From Felis catus (lineage: Eukaryota): a stretch of DNA of 64,000 nt. The position numbers and the translations under genes are program-made. The stretch is from contig NC_058373.1 of assembly GCF_018350175.1 (NCBI RefSeq), positions 118,484,001 to 118,548,000 of the forward strand. Reading direction: 5' to 3'. A model generated the notes under the pieces. That model saw only the letters and a program-made list of their open reading frames with translations, had not been told where the DNA came from and made no database searches. This document shows, one piece after another, positions 1 to 13,619 of the stretch (position 1 is the stretch's first letter; each line of letters begins with the position of its first letter).

Positions 1-182
1 ATGATCTCACAGCTGGTGGGTTCAAACCCCCCGTTGGGCTCTGTGCTGACAGCTTAGAGCCTGGAGTCTGCTTTGGATTCTGTGTCTCTGTCTCTCTCTA
101 CCCCTCCCCCACTCATGTGCATGTGCTCGCACTCGCACTCTCTAGCTCTCAAAAATAAACAAACATTTAAAAAAATCTTTTA

Positions 183-1110
183 ATGGGCAGAGGGCCTAAA
201 TAGGTATTTTTCCAAAGAAGACATGCAGATGGCCAAGAGACACATGAAAAGATGCTCAACATTACTAATCATCAGAGAAATGCAAATCAAAACCACAATG
301 AGCTATTACCTACACCAGTCAGAATAGCTACTATCCAAAAGAAAAGAAATAACAAGTGTTGGCGAGGATGTGGAGAAAAAAGAACCTGCATGCACTGTTG
401 GTAGGAATGTAAATTGGTGCAACCACTATGGAAAACAGTAGAAAGGTTCCTCAAAAAATTAAAAATAGAAATACTATATGATCCAATAATTTCACTACTG
501 GGTATTTACCAAAAGAAAGCAACACTATTCAAAAAGATATATGCATCTTTGTTCACTACAGCATTATTTACAATAGCCAAGACATGGAAGCAACCTCAGT
601 GTCCATCGACAGATGAATGGATAAAGCAGATGTGTTACACACACACACATACAAGAGGAATATTACTCAGCCATAAAAAAGAATGAGGTCTTGCCACTTG
701 CAACAATATGGACAGACCTGAAGGGCATTATGCTAAGTGAAATAAGTAAGACATCAAAAGACAAATACCACATGATTTCACTTATATGTGGAATCTAAAA
801 AGCAAAACAAAATAGAAATGGACTTATAAACACAGAAAATAAATTAGTGGTTGCCAGAGGGGAGAGAACAGGAGATAGGCAGAATAGGTAAAGGGGATTA
901 AGAGGTACAAACTTCCAGTTATAAAATAAATAAGTCATAGAGATGAAAAGTACAGCATTGGGAATATAGTTAATAACACCGTATGGTGACAGATGGTCAC
1001 TATATTTACTGAGATGAGCATTGTATAATGTATAGGATTGTCTAATTACTATATTGTGCACCTGAAATTAATATAACCTTGTATGTCAACCATACTTCAA
1101 TAATAAAAAC
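183..1110 (+). mobile_element. Older LINE-1 3' fragment (ORF2 end plus 3'UTR, L1MA/L1_Carn-like)
   Basis: Degenerate ORF2 peptide [34 protein letters not shown] with frameshifts, followed by L1 3'UTR. Confidence 0.9.
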
Positions 1111-1966
1111 TTAAAGAAAATAATAGAAAATAATTAAATTATACTTTCCTTTAAAAAAAGAAGACAAATCTGTTATATTCTGGACATTCCATTCTCCATT
1201 TCCTGAATGTGTAACTAATTAAGACTTTCTGGTGCTTCCTCATACCCATGGGTATTTGTAAGATAAATCCTCGTTACTTAAAATAACCAGAAAAAACCTA
1301 CCACTTAATAATCATGATAATCTGAAAAGGGTTTTTTTTTTTTTTTTTAATGCAATAAAGTTACAAAAACCTATTTCTAACTGGTAGCCTTTGACAACTC
1401 CAAAACTAAAGCATACAGGTTGCCACAACTAAAGAAAAGTGTCTTTATAACTAAACTTGTTGATTATGTCTAAGCAAACTCTAAGTGATGCAGGATCTCT
1501 CAAATTTAGCCTTCCTATTATCAACCAGACACAGTCCTATTATCAACCAGACACAGGACTTTCCTACCACTAGGAAGGGAGTGGTTTCCAGCTTTAGGAT
1601 GACACAATTGAAAGGTTCCGAAAAGGAATTAAAAATAGTCTCTAGAAGGAATAACTCAGAATAAAAAGTGTTTTAGTAAAACAAACATCAAATTAGTAAT
1701 CCGTTACTTAAATTCTAGACCTACCTCTGTCACTAACTAGTTGTGTGACTTTGGCTAACCTAACTTAGGCTTCAGGTTCTTTTTCCCTACTAATTCTAAC
1801 ATTATAACATTCTTTAAAACACCTGACAGGAATGTTTGCTCCACATAAACAAATTCCAAATTTTCATGTTTTCTAAAGTTTCAAAGAACTTTACAAATGC
1901 TAATGATGCCTATCACTCTCTCCTCCCAAAAAAGTCACATAAGTAGAATCTAAAACATTTCCTTGA

Positions 1967-2185
1967 GGGGCACCTGGGTGGCTCAGTCAGTTAAGTGTCC
2001 GACTTCGACTCAGGTCATGATCTCACAGTTCGTGAGTTCGAGCCCTGCGTCGGCTCTATGCTGACAACTCAGAGCCTAGAAGCTGCTTCGGATTCTGTGT
2101 CTCCCTCTCTCTGCCCCATCCCCACTCATGCTCTGTCTCTCTCTGTCTTAAAAATAAATAAAACATTAAAAAACATTTTTTTAAA
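1967..2185 (+). mobile_element. CAN-SINE (SINEC_Fc-type)
   Basis: tRNA-derived head, (CT)n, A tail; TSD aaacatttccttgag. Confidence 0.95.
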
Positions 2186-2219
2186 CATTTCCTTGAGAGT
2201 TTTCCAAAGTACTTTAATA

Positions 2220-2662
2220 TTTTTTAATGTTTATTTATTTATTTATTTTGAGGGAGAGAGAGAGAGCACATGCATGCACATAGGGTCAGAGAAAGAGGGG
2301 GAGAGAGAATCCCAAGCAGGCTCCACACTGTCAGCAAGGAGTCCAACGTGGGGCTTGATCTCACAAACCATGAGATCATGACCTGAACCAAAATCAAGAG
2401 TTGAATGCAACCAACTGGAGTTACCCAAGGCACCCTGAAATTCAGTTGTTTTTTTTTTTTTTTGATGTTTATTTTTGAGTAAACGAGAGAGAGAGACAGC
2501 ACGCAAGTTGGGGAGGGGCAGAGGGAGAGGGAGACAGAGAATCTGAAACAGGCTGCAGGCTGTCAGCACAGAGCCAGACGTGGGACTCAAACTCACCAAA
2601 TGTGAGATCATGACCTGAGCCGAAGTCGGAGACTTAACCGACTGAGCCACCCAGGCACCCCC
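2220..2662 (-). mobile_element. Two tandem CAN-SINEs
   Basis: Two reverse-complement heads (..ggcaccc at ~2435 and ~2662); TSD ctgaaattca around the second. Confidence 0.9.
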
Positions 2663-2669
2663 TGAAATT

Positions 2670-3185
2670 CACTTTCAAGTGTATACTTCTGAGTTTGAAA
2701 AATACATACAGTCATATAACCATCACTACAATCAAGATACAGAACAGATACATGCAATGTAGAATACTTCCCAAAAAAATTCCCGCATGCCCCCCACTCC
2801 CTGGCAACCACAGTTTTCTGTCCCTTTAGCTTCACTAATTCCAAAATATCCTAAAATAGAATCATACAGTATGTGGCCTTTTACGTCTGGCTTCTTTCAC
2901 TCAGCATAATGCATTCGATATCCACCTATGCTGCTGTATGCACTACCAAATAGTATTCCACTGTACAGAGGTACCAGAGTTGATCAATTCACAGTTGAAG
3001 TACATTTGAATTTGTTTCCAGTTTGGGGCATTAGCACAGAGGTTTCTGCTTGACTGTAAGTTTTCCTTTCACTTGAGTCCTAGGAGTGGAACTACTAGAT
3101 CACTACGGTACGTGTGTGTTTAACTGTATATGAGTACCTGCCAAACTGTTTTCTAAAAAGACAGTACCAGCAATGAATAAGAGGT
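2670..3185 (-). mobile_element. Old L1M fragment, interrupted by SINEs
   Basis: Typical antisense L1 3' text (gaatcatacagtatgtggcctttt..ctggcttctttcactcagcataatg). Confidence 0.75.
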
Positions 3186-3199
3186 TTCTGGGTTTTTGG

Positions 3200-3228
3200 G
3201 TTTTTTTTTTTTTTTTTGAGTTTTTATT

Positions 3229-3281
<53 letters not shown>

Positions 3282-3508
3282 AGGGAGAGGGAGAGGGAGA
3301 GGGAGGGAGGGAGGGAGGGAGGGAGGGAGAGAACACACAAGGGAGCACAAGTTGGGGAAGGGCAGAGAGGAGAGAGAGAATTCCAGGTAGGATCCACGAG
3401 ACCAGCACAGAGCCCGACATGGGGCTTGAACTCACAAACTATTGAGGTTGTGACCTGAGCCAAAATCAAGAGTCAGACACCTAACCAACTGAACCACCCA
3501 GGTACCCC
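3200..3508 (-). mobile_element. CAN-SINE with an expanded (GA)n(GAGGGA)n(GGGA)n microsatellite
   Basis: SINE body with a ~100-bp purine tract at 3230-3333. Confidence 0.9.
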
Positions 3509-3588
3509 TGAATAAGAGCTTTTTAATGGTTTTAAGGGAAAATAAATTTATATCTTATGTTACAAATTTCATAGAAAGATCCCACATA

Positions 3589-3785
3589 GGGTGCCTCGGT
3601 GGCTCAGTCGGTTAAGCAGCCGACTTCGGCTCAGGTCATGATCTCACGGTCCGTGAGTTCGAGCCCCACATCAGGCCCTGGAGCCTGTTTCAGATTCTGT
3701 ATCTCCCTCTCTCTGACCCTCCCCCGTTCATGCTCTCTCTCTCTCTGTCTCAAAAATAAATAAATGTAAAAAAAAAAAAAAAAAG
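3589..3785 (+). mobile_element. CAN-SINE, internally deleted
   Basis: TSD agaaagatcccacatag. Confidence 0.9.
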
Positions 3786-5811
3786 AAAGATCCCACATAG
3801 ATCCAGATATTTATCAGAGGAAATTTTCCTGTGTGCTATATATATGTAGAAAGCAGTTAACAAAGGATGTTGATTTGATAAATATTCATATTTATCAAAT
3901 AGATATTTTTTAATAGGCTTTAAAATGTCATGTTTGAAATCATACTCAGGTCGTGATCTCACCGTTTGTGAGTTCAAGCCCCACATCGGGCTCTGCAGCA
4001 AGAGCTCGGGGCCTGCTTGCAATTCGTTCTTTCTTTCTTTCTCTTCCTCTCTCTCTGCTCCTCCCCCATTTGTGCTCTCTCTCTAGATGAATAAATAAAC
4101 TTAAAAAAAAAAAAAAAGATGCTCAACCAACTGAGCCACCCAGGTGCCCCCAAATAAATGTTGGTTTTAATGAGACCACCTACTTATGAAACCCTCCACT
4201 GCCACTTTCTCCCTATCATTCTCCTGGTTTCACTTGTCTTTTTTATCCAATACAGATTTCACAGTTCAATTACTGCTTGCACCCAATTTAATGTTTCCCA
4301 CGTCTCCTTCACACTCTCCTACCAAAACTCCTGTTAACCTTCTCTATGACCAAAACAGAGCAGCCAAATAGTGACAAAAATCACATATCCACTCAGACTG
4401 ATTACTGTCCTAAATTCACAATTAACAACTTCAACCACAGCAATATTACTCTAAAAGCTCTCTGTAGTAGCTGTTGTATAACTTGTCCTCAATCCTTAAA
4501 CATTTCACCCCTCCTCTCCATTTCTCCTGCTCCTTAGTTTACAATACTTTTATTAAGAAAATAGAAGCCATCAGATGAAAGCTCCCTATTTTTCCACAAC
4601 CAAATCTATAACATACCCCCCCCCAAACTGAACCAGTCATCTTCTTTTCCCCTACTTTAAAATGAGTAAGTATCTCTGATTACTATTAAATGGCCACTGA
4701 AGTTTGCTCTTTGTAGTATCTTTCACTTAAAGATTTCCTTCCTTTCATAATTCACTCTGGTATCATCAATTGTTCCTCCTCTACAAGATCATTCTCATTT
4801 TTATGTAAACATGTACCATTACCTCCCATAGTTACAGGGTTTTTTTTACGAGTACCCCATCATTCCCTACACAGCTATGCCCCACCTCCTCCCCCATTCC
4901 TCAGTTGACATTTATAGTCACATTTCTCAGAAAAGTATCAGCTCTCACAGTCTCTAATCCCAACCTTTCATTCACTATTCAACCTGCTCCAAACTGATCT
5001 ACCTTCACAAGTTCATTGAAACTGCCTTTTAAACAGCATACTTAAAGGAATAAATGAAGAGAGCTTAATGGACAGACTATTTAGAGAGCTATTAAGAAGC
5101 TATTACCTTCTCTAAACACCTAGAAAGTACAGGGGTACAAGTTCTCACCTCTCTGTAACCTTAAGTTACTGGAACCAGAAAAGGCTATGGCAGTGGAAAA
5201 GGTACTTTGCAGCTAAGCAGCCACAGGTGGAGGTATGCAGTTTTTGCCTAAACTGCAGCCACACAGGGAAGAGGAAAAGGAATAAAAACTCTAATCTCTT
5301 TTTCCTTCCACTGTCCAATCTCCTGTCAATTGTACCTCCACTGGCGGAACACAACATGAAGCTAGAAGGCAAAGAAGCCTGGGTGATATAAACCATGGAG
5401 GTCAGCCTTCTGAAGCACAAAGCAGAGAAGAAAAGGGCAAAAACAGATCTGGAGAGACATACAGAGATGGCCAACACAAAATTGTCAATAATTTCCATTT
5501 TGATATATCAAATTGGCACGGTTCCTCTCTCCTCTCTTGGCTTCCATGACATGACAAATCCTAGTTTTTCCCCATATAAACTCCCTCCTCCCCCTTCATC
5601 AGATAGCATATTTGGGGTTGCTCTGAGCTCAGTACCAGACAGCTGATCTTACCTTTTCCTCATGCCTCTCGATCCCATCTATATAATGACAATTCCCAAC
5701 AGCACCTTTCCTTAAGCTCCAGCCGCCCATATCCCAACATTATCATTTCAGATGTCACTTGGAATTCACAGATCCAAAACAATCATTCTCATCCTCTTAA
5801 AAAAATGTTCG

Positions 5812-6260
5812 GGGGGCGCCTGGGTGGCTCAGTCGGTTGAGCGTCCGACTTCAGCTCAGGTCATGATCTTGCAGTCTGTGAGTGTGAGTTCGAGCCCCGC
5901 GTCGGGCTCTGTGCTGACAGCTCAGAGCCTGGAGCCTGTTTCAGATTCTGTGTCTCCCTCTCTCTCTGCCCCTCCCCTGCTCATGCTCTGTCTCTCTGTC
6001 AGGGATGGGTAAACATTAAAAAAAATTAAAAAAAAAAAAATGTTCGGGGTACCTGGGTGGCTCAGTCAGTTAAGCATCCAACTCCGGCTCAGGTCATGAT
6101 CTCACTGCTCGTGGGTTCAAGCCCCGCATCAGGCTCTGTACTGACAGCTCGCAGCTTGGAGCCTGGAGCCTGCTTCAGATTCTGTCTCCATCTCTCTGCC
6201 CCTCCCCTGCTTGCACTCTGTCTTTCTAATATAAATAAAAAATAAATATTAAAAAAGATT
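5812..6260 (+). mobile_element. Two tandem CAN-SINEs; the first is inserted at the head of the second
   Basis: TSD aaaaaaatgttcgggg flanks the first copy. Confidence 0.93.
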
Positions 6261-7162
6261 TTTTATATGTTCTTTTCCCACTCCACCTATATCTCAATAA
6301 ACGCCAAGCCAGAAATTTGGGAATAAGCTTTTATTCCTTTGATTTCTTTTTCTCCTTCACATCTAATCCATCAGTAAATCTTGAAAACTCTACAGCTAAA
6401 ATGTATCTTGAATCCATCTGTCTCTACTTCCAACACCCTCCTAAATTGCTCTTCCTGCTTTCTTTCTTGCTTCCCTACAATCCAATTACCAGATAACAGC
6501 CATTTATGTTTTCAAAATGTAGATATTTATCTTATCCTCTGCTTACCATCCTTCAATAGTATCCCATTACCTTTAGAACAAAATCCAAATCCCCTACAGC
6601 AACCTACAAGGCACTTCATGATCTGACCTCTTTATACCTATCTAAAGTAGCATCTAAAAAGCTACTTTTCCTCACACCTAGAAGGTTCCAGCCTTACTTC
6701 AGTTCCTCAAAAATTCAAGCTCTTTCCCACTTTAGTCTTCTCACATGCACAGAATACCTCTAGCTCTGTGCATGATGGCTCCTTTTAATTCTTCATAGCA
6801 ATTCAAATGTCAACCCTAAGTGTGGCCTTCTCCAACAAGATCAAAACTAGTTCCCCCTTTATTCTCCCATCACAGCATACTATTATTTTCATTGCATATT
6901 CTAAAATGGCAATTTTCCTGTGTACTTATTTATCTTCTTATTGTATATCCCCTTCCACTACATTATACGTTTCATGGGGGCAGAGATGATTAAGTTAACT
7001 CAAGTCCAACACCACTGAGGATCCACTACATGCAAAGAACTATGATAGGCAACTGTGGGAGTGACAAAGAATAAGTCAAAGTGACAAAGATCCTGTTCCC
7101 AGTATGTACATTATCTACTTAAGGAGAAAAATGTATATTTAACTATAAATGCAAAGCAGAAA

Positions 7163-7164
7163 AA

Positions 7165-7211
<47 letters not shown>

Positions 7212-7212
7212 A
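7163..7212. repeat. (AAAT)n microsatellite
   Basis: Seen directly; flanked by a duplicated aatgcaaagcaga (TSD-like, so probably a bare retroposon tail). Confidence 0.9.
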
Positions 7213-7604
7213 TGCAAAGCAGATACTATGCCATATAATTTTGCTACAAAGTGGTATGGGATCAAAAGAGAAAGAGACATAATGTAGAAAAAGTGATGAA
7301 TAAGAAAGCCCTCATATAAGAAGATGGTTCTATTATGGCTTAGAAGGATAACAGGAAAAACATTCATTCGAAGCAGAGCAAACAGCCTTAATAAAAAGAC
7401 AAAAAGGGCAAAAAGTGAAGGACACACAGGAAGAGGAGGCTAACAAGATCAAAACAGCTACAGCATAGAGAAACTGTAGAATCCCAATGAAATATTCAAT
7501 GATGTTAGGGAACAGAAAATTTTCAGTGAGTGTGCTACAGAATTCAACTTCACCCACTATAAAATGAAAATATAAGGTATTTTCTTTTCTTTTTATTTAC
7601 TTTT

Positions 7605-8239
7605 TAAAAATTTTTTTTCAACGTTTATTTATTTTTGGGACAGAGAGAGACAGAGCATGAACGGGGGATGGGCAGAGAGAGAGGGAGACACAGAATCGGA
7701 AACAGGCTCCAGGCTCCAAGCCATCAGCCCAGAGCCCGACGCGGGGCTCGAACTCATGGACCGCGAGATCGTGACCTGGCTGAAGTCGGACGCTTAACCG
7801 ACTGCGCCACCCAGGCGCCCCTTTTCTTTTCTTTTTAAAGGTTTATTTTTTTTTAATGCTTATTTATTTTCGAGAGAGAGGGAGAGAGAGTGAGCAGGGG
7901 AGGGCAGAGTGAGAGGGAGACAGGATCCAAAGCAGGCTCCATGCTGACAGCAGAGAGCCTGATGCAGGGCTCAAACTCATCAACCATGAGATCATCACCT
8001 GAGCCAAAACTAAGAATTGGATACTTAACCGAATGAGCCACCCAGATGCCCCAAGGTTTATTTATTTTTGAGGGACAGAGCACAAGTGGGGGGAGTGCCA
8101 CAAGAGGGGGGACAGAGGATCCTAAGTGGGCTCCATGCTGACAGCAGTAAGCTGGATGCAAGGCTCGAACTCAGGAATCATGAGATGGTGACCTGAGCCA
8201 AAGTCCTACACTCAACCTACCGAGCCACCCAGGTGCCCC
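7605..8239 (-). mobile_element. Stack of three CAN-SINEs
   Basis: Three reverse heads ending at ~7821, ~8053 and ~8239; the first is CpG-rich (young). Confidence 0.92.
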
Positions 8240-8350
8240 AATATAAAGTATTTTCAAGTAAATGAAAACTAAGGTCCTTTCCAGATCTAAATTTCAAATG
8301 ATGGAGCTCATATACACAACTAGTTTTAAAGTAAAAAAGTGATCATGCTC

Positions 8351-8846
8351 GGGGCGCCTGGGTGGCTCAGTCGGTTAAGCGTCCGACTTCGGCTAAGGTT
8401 GTGATCTCGCGGTCTGTGAGTTCGAGCCCCGCGTCGGGCTCTGTGCTGACAGCTCAGAGCCTGGAGCCTGCTTCTGATTCTGTGTCTCCCTCTCTCTCTG
8501 ACCCTCCCCCCATCCATGTTCTGTCTCTCTCTGTCTCAAAAATAAAAATAAACGTTAAAAAAAAAATTTAAAAAAAAAGTGATCATGCTCATTGAAAGAA
8601 TGTTTCATCAATTTCACATGGAATTTAACATGACTTTTAAGGTGGTTTTAAACTGTCTAAACAATTTTGGGGGGCACCTGGGTGGCTCAGTCAGTTAAGT
8701 GACTGACTTCAGCTCAGGTCATGATCTCATGGTTCACTAGTTCAAGCTCCACACTGGGTTCTGAGCTGACAGCTCAGAGACTGGAACCTGCTTTGGATTC
8801 TGTGTCTCCCTCTCTCTCTCTGCCCCTCCCCCACTCATGTGCTGTG

Positions 8847-8883
<37 letters not shown>

Positions 8884-8905
8884 AATAAAAACACTTAAAA
8901 AAATT
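8351..8905 (+). mobile_element. Two CAN-SINEs (8351-8578 young; 8670-8905)
   Basis: TSD aaaaaagtgatcatgctc on the first copy. Confidence 0.93.
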
Positions 8906-9014
8906 AAAAACAAAAGATTTTAAATAACAATTTTTCAAAAATCTTACTCCTTCCAAAACTTTAATCCAAAAGGAATATGGAAAGAGGTGGCAGGCAGGGG
9001 GTAGGGGAGTATGA

Positions 9015-9091
9015 CCACTCAAGATATTTAATATCACACCCACTCAAGATATTTAATATTACACCCACTCAAGATACTTAATATTACACCC
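9015..9091. repeat. 25-bp tandem repeat x3
   Basis: ccactcaagatatttaatatcacac and two near-identical copies. Confidence 0.95.
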
Positions 9092-9987
9092 TGCCCAAAT
9101 TTGAGAATAATTTAATTAAAAACGTCTGAAAGACAAAGGCAAGTTTTTTAGCAAAATTCTCAAAAGTCGTAATTTACTGATATTAAGTTGTAACACTGTT
9201 GTTCATAAGCCTTTAGACAGTAACTGGCTGTTGTTCACTATATTCATTCAATAAGAATGTACGGATTACTGATAAAATACCCAGGGAGTCTAAACAGTAT
9301 ACACAAAAATCATAGAATTTTAAAGGTTAAGAGAGATTTAGAAGAATAATCAAGATAATTTTAAAGAAGAACAACATGGGGGTATGAGGCTGACTCACCA
9401 TACCAGACACCTAAATTTATTACAAAGCTACAGTAAATAAAGACAGTATAATACCAGCTCTGAGAGAGGCAAACAGAGCATAAAAAAGGCCCACGTGTAA
9501 ATAGAAATGATATATGACTTACAATCCTTAATGAAGATTGGTGACAAATGGTTGCTATTCTATAAACAGCATTGGCACTTATTTTCTGTTTAAAAAACTT
9601 AATTATATTCATATATTATTCATTATAATTTCAGAATAATTTGAATATTTCAGCAGTAAAAAAACTTTAAAGATCATTAAATCCAATACCATCACTTCAT
9701 AAAAGAAAAACAAAGACCCTGAGAGATTAAAACATTTAGGCAAATCATAGCGTGGCCACACAGGAATTAAACCCCTATCTCATCATTTCTTTATTGAAGA
9801 GTTTATATCCTTTCATTCAATACACACAAAATGCTTCCCATCTACCCCAATTTCTTTAAGTTACCCATGATATCAACAACGTCAAATCAGAAGTGGAGAA
9901 AGATACAAAAGGTGTGGCAACATAAAAAGCCAATACATACTTTCATTTCCTTCCTTAACCTTCTTTCAAAGAAATTCAAAAATCTAC

Positions 9988-10584
9988 AGGGCACATGGCT
10001 GGTTCAGTCAGTGGAGTGTGCAACTCTTGATCTTGGAGTTATGAGTTCAAGTCCCACATTCGGTATAGAGATTACTTACTTAAAAATAAAATCTTAAAAA
10101 AAAAAATCTAGGGGGTGCCTGGGTAGTTCAGTCGGTTAAGCATCCAAGTCTTGATTTCGGCTCATGTCATGATCTCACGGTTTGTGGGTTCAAGGCCCAC
10201 ATCGGGCTCTGCGCTGGCAATGCAGGGCCTGCTTGGGATCCTTTCCCTCTCTCTCTGCCCTCCCTATTCCCTCAAAATAAATAAATAAAATAAACTTAAA
10301 AAAAAACCTAGCCCTACTCTAAAAGATTAATCTTATCTAAATCCAACATGCGAGAGATTCAGGAAGAAAATAACTTTAATTTTGTTAATGTTTTTATTTT
10401 TTGGAGAGACAGAGAGTGAGAGTGGGGCAGGGGTAGAAAGAGTAGGAGACACAGAATCTGAAACAGTCTCCAGGCTTTGAGCTGTCAGCAGAGAGCCAGA
10501 CACAGGGCTTGAACTTGTGAAACAATGAGACCATAACCTCAGCTGAAGTCGGACACTTAACCAATTGAGCCACCCAGGCGCCCC
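9988..10584. mobile_element. CAN-SINE cluster (+ short, +, -)
   Basis: Heads at 9988(+), 10112(+) and 10584(-). Confidence 0.88.
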
Positions 10585-11037
10585 AGGAAGAAAAGAGCTT
10601 TAAAAATGGATTCTTGGGTCAGCACGTTATAAATATCTATAAATATCAAGTGTTTAGGGAGTGCTGTTATTAGGCCCAATATTTTTCAGTCACAAATTCC
10701 ATCAACCTCATATCTCACTCAGTTTGTTTCCAGAGGATGTTAAACATTTACATTTAGAGATTTTTACAAAGACCAGTTAAACAAACACTGCTGAAGACTG
10801 TCTGAAAGTAGTTGCTCCAATTCCAAGGCTCAATTAAGGTACAAACAGAAATGACATCTTCTCTAGGAAAGCACTCAATCTCAGGTTACTAGAGATGTTC
10901 ACCATCTGTTAATTCAGATAAAACTTTCCTTCCATAAATCACCCCCACCCTGGGATATATGACAGGAGTATTAGTATTAAGAGTGAAGTGAGAGAGACTT
11001 GCAGAGAACCTATTTGCAAACTTTGAAATCCCAATTT

Positions 11038-11205
11038 GGGACGCCTGGGTGGCTCAGTCACTTAAGAGTCTGACTCTTGGTTTTTCGGCTCAGGTCATGA
11101 TCTCATGGTTTGTGACATCAAGCCCCGTGTGGGGCTCCGTGCTGAGAATCCTTGCTTGGGATTCTCTCTCTCTGAAAATAAATAAATAAACATAAAAAAG
11201 AAAAG
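11038..11205 (+). mobile_element. CAN-SINE
   Basis: TSD gaaatcccaattt. Confidence 0.9.
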
Positions 11206-11817
11206 AAATCCCAATTTAAACAATGACCACCACTGCCACACAAGGATAGTGCTCTATAAAAAACTAAAAATTGACTGCATTTAATCACTTAAGCACTGAA
11301 GGGTAAGAATATGACCTCTGGAGCCAGATTATCTATGTCTGAGTTTACCATTTGCTCTGATTTTGGGCAAATTGTTTAACCTCTGTGCCTCAGATTCCTC
11401 AACAAGAAAACAGGATAATAACACCTGCCTCATAGGAGTTATTGCAAGAATTAAATTAGTGCACGTAAAGCACTTAGAACAATGCCTAGAATACAGCATT
11501 AGCTGCTGCTAGTATTATTACTACCTGATCCCGTTACTAGATATCAGTTCTCACATGTGGCTCAAATACAGACTAGTTTCCTAGCCAGATTATGCAATTT
11601 TAATGTTCCTGAATCAGCGATTCAATGTACCAAATTCAAAATAAGCTCTACAAAACAGCCTCAAGTCTTCCTTTTGAATCATTTACTATCAGACAAAATT
11701 CTCACAAATAAACAGCCAATTTTTTCTTAACTCCAATAAATCTGTATGAATTATCACTACAATATATAACTTGTGAAAAATCATACGCTTGAAATAAATC
11801 CTTCTCATTTTACTTAA

Positions 11818-12040
11818 AAAAAATTTTTTTTAATGTTTATTTATTTTTGAGAGACAGAGACACAGAAAGAGTGTGAGCGGGGGAGGGCAGAAAGAGAGGG
11901 AGACATGAATCCAAAGCAGGCTCGAGGCTCTGAGCTGTCTGTCGACACAGAGCCTGATGCAGGGCTCAAACCCACAAACCATGAGATCATGACCTGAGCC
12001 AAAGTCAGACGCTCAACTGACTGAGCCACCCAGGCACCCC
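11818..12040 (-). mobile_element. CAN-SINE
   Basis: TSD tcattttactt. Confidence 0.9.
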
Positions 12041-12199
12041 TTCATTTTACTTTTAATTACAAATTAAGCTCTGATCTTACAAACCAGATTAATAAGTCTA
12101 GATCCATATGTAGTGATAAAACATCCTGAACTTTTTATTAAGATATTTGATATTAATCTGCAAATTTGCTTTGTAAAGATTTAAAAAAAAAAAGTTCAA

Positions 12200-12830
12200 C
12201 ATCTTTATTCATCTGGAAAATGCAAATTAAAACCATTCTAACACATCACTTTGTACCCACGAGAATGGCTAAAAAAAATCAAAGAAATTAACAACCCAAG
12301 TGGTGGCAAAGATTGGCAGCAACTGGATTCATACACTGCTAGTAGATTAAAAAAAAAAAAAAAAAAGAATTTGCCAAATGGTTAAGTTTATTTATTTTGA
12401 GAGAGAGAGAGAGAGAGAGAGAGCGCGTGAGCGAGCAAGCAAGCAGGGGAGGGGCAGAAAGAGGGAGAGAGAAGATCCCAAAAGGTTCCGCGCTCTCAGC
12501 GCAGAGCCTGAAGTGGGGCTCAACTTTACAAACCGTGAGATCATGACCTGAGCCGAAACCAAGAGTCAAAACCAAGTCACGCACTTAACCAACTAAGCCA
12601 CCCAGGCACCCCCAACAATTTCTTATAAACATACATGTACCCTGTGGCCTAACAATTCCCCTCTTAAGTATTCAACCAAGAGAAATGAAACATATGTTCC
12701 CAAAAAGACGTGTACAAGAATGTTTATAGCAGCCTTATTCAAAGCAGGCAGAACTGGAAATAACGCAAATGTCTATCAACAGAAGAATGGAAAAACAAAG
12801 TGTGATATTCATAAAATGGAATACTGTACA
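12200..12830 (+). mobile_element. Old L1M ORF2 3' fragment split by a SINE
   Basis: aaatgcaaattaaaacc..cccacgagaatggctaaa..ccaagagaaatgaaacatatg motifs. Confidence 0.7.
12385..12612 (-). mobile_element. CAN-SINE
   Basis: Reverse head and (GA)n tract. Confidence 0.9.
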
Positions 12831-13619
12831 ACCTATGAAATTATCTGTTGTTTAAAATAATGATATGAATTTATTATTCAATGAGGATGTCTTATTTTCT
12901 TCAAATTCTGTCTCATTTTAAAATGCATTTTTATCCCTAGTTGAAAATAATTTTTATTCTGAAAATAATCTTATTTTTTGTTTAGTAACTCACTTGAGCT
13001 TTTGTGCCATAATATAAACTTTTGAAAATTTTTAACTTGGTGCTTTTAAGAGCCAAATAAACCCCAGGGTCTTATTAAGTGATACTCCTTTTATTAAGTG
13101 ATACTCTTAAAGGTATGTACACATATATTTTCTTTTCTTATGCATTCTTGGTGCATGTTCATCCTAAATGCTCCCTCCAGAAATTATCCATGTATAAAAA
13201 GATGGCTGGCTTAAAATGGCTACTTTGATGGAAACAGTGTCTTAGGGAGATACAACTTGTACTTGAGATAAACTGAATACTCAAACCATGGTTTAGCCAT
13301 TGCTTAAATGGCATTGCATTTAAAAGGCATTTTAAATACTATTGCTGTAACTTTCCATTTCCTTAATAAAAAAATATAAAACAAAATTAATCTCAAAAGT
13401 ATGTTAAGCAAAAGAAGCCAGATAAAAAGAATATACATAGTATTATTCCATTTATATGAAATTCAACAACAGACAAAATCAGAAAGCACTTGCAAGGAAG
13501 GAGGGCAAAACAAAATTGAAAAGGACATTAAACCACTTTTGCTGATCATTTACATAAATTAAATCACAGCTTTGAATATTATCCATCCCTAGATTCCACA
13601 TAAAAATTAGAGACCATGT

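Noticed and set aside
9015..9091. CRISPR-like array
   Set aside because: Head-to-tail repeats without spacers, eukaryotic context, no cas genes.
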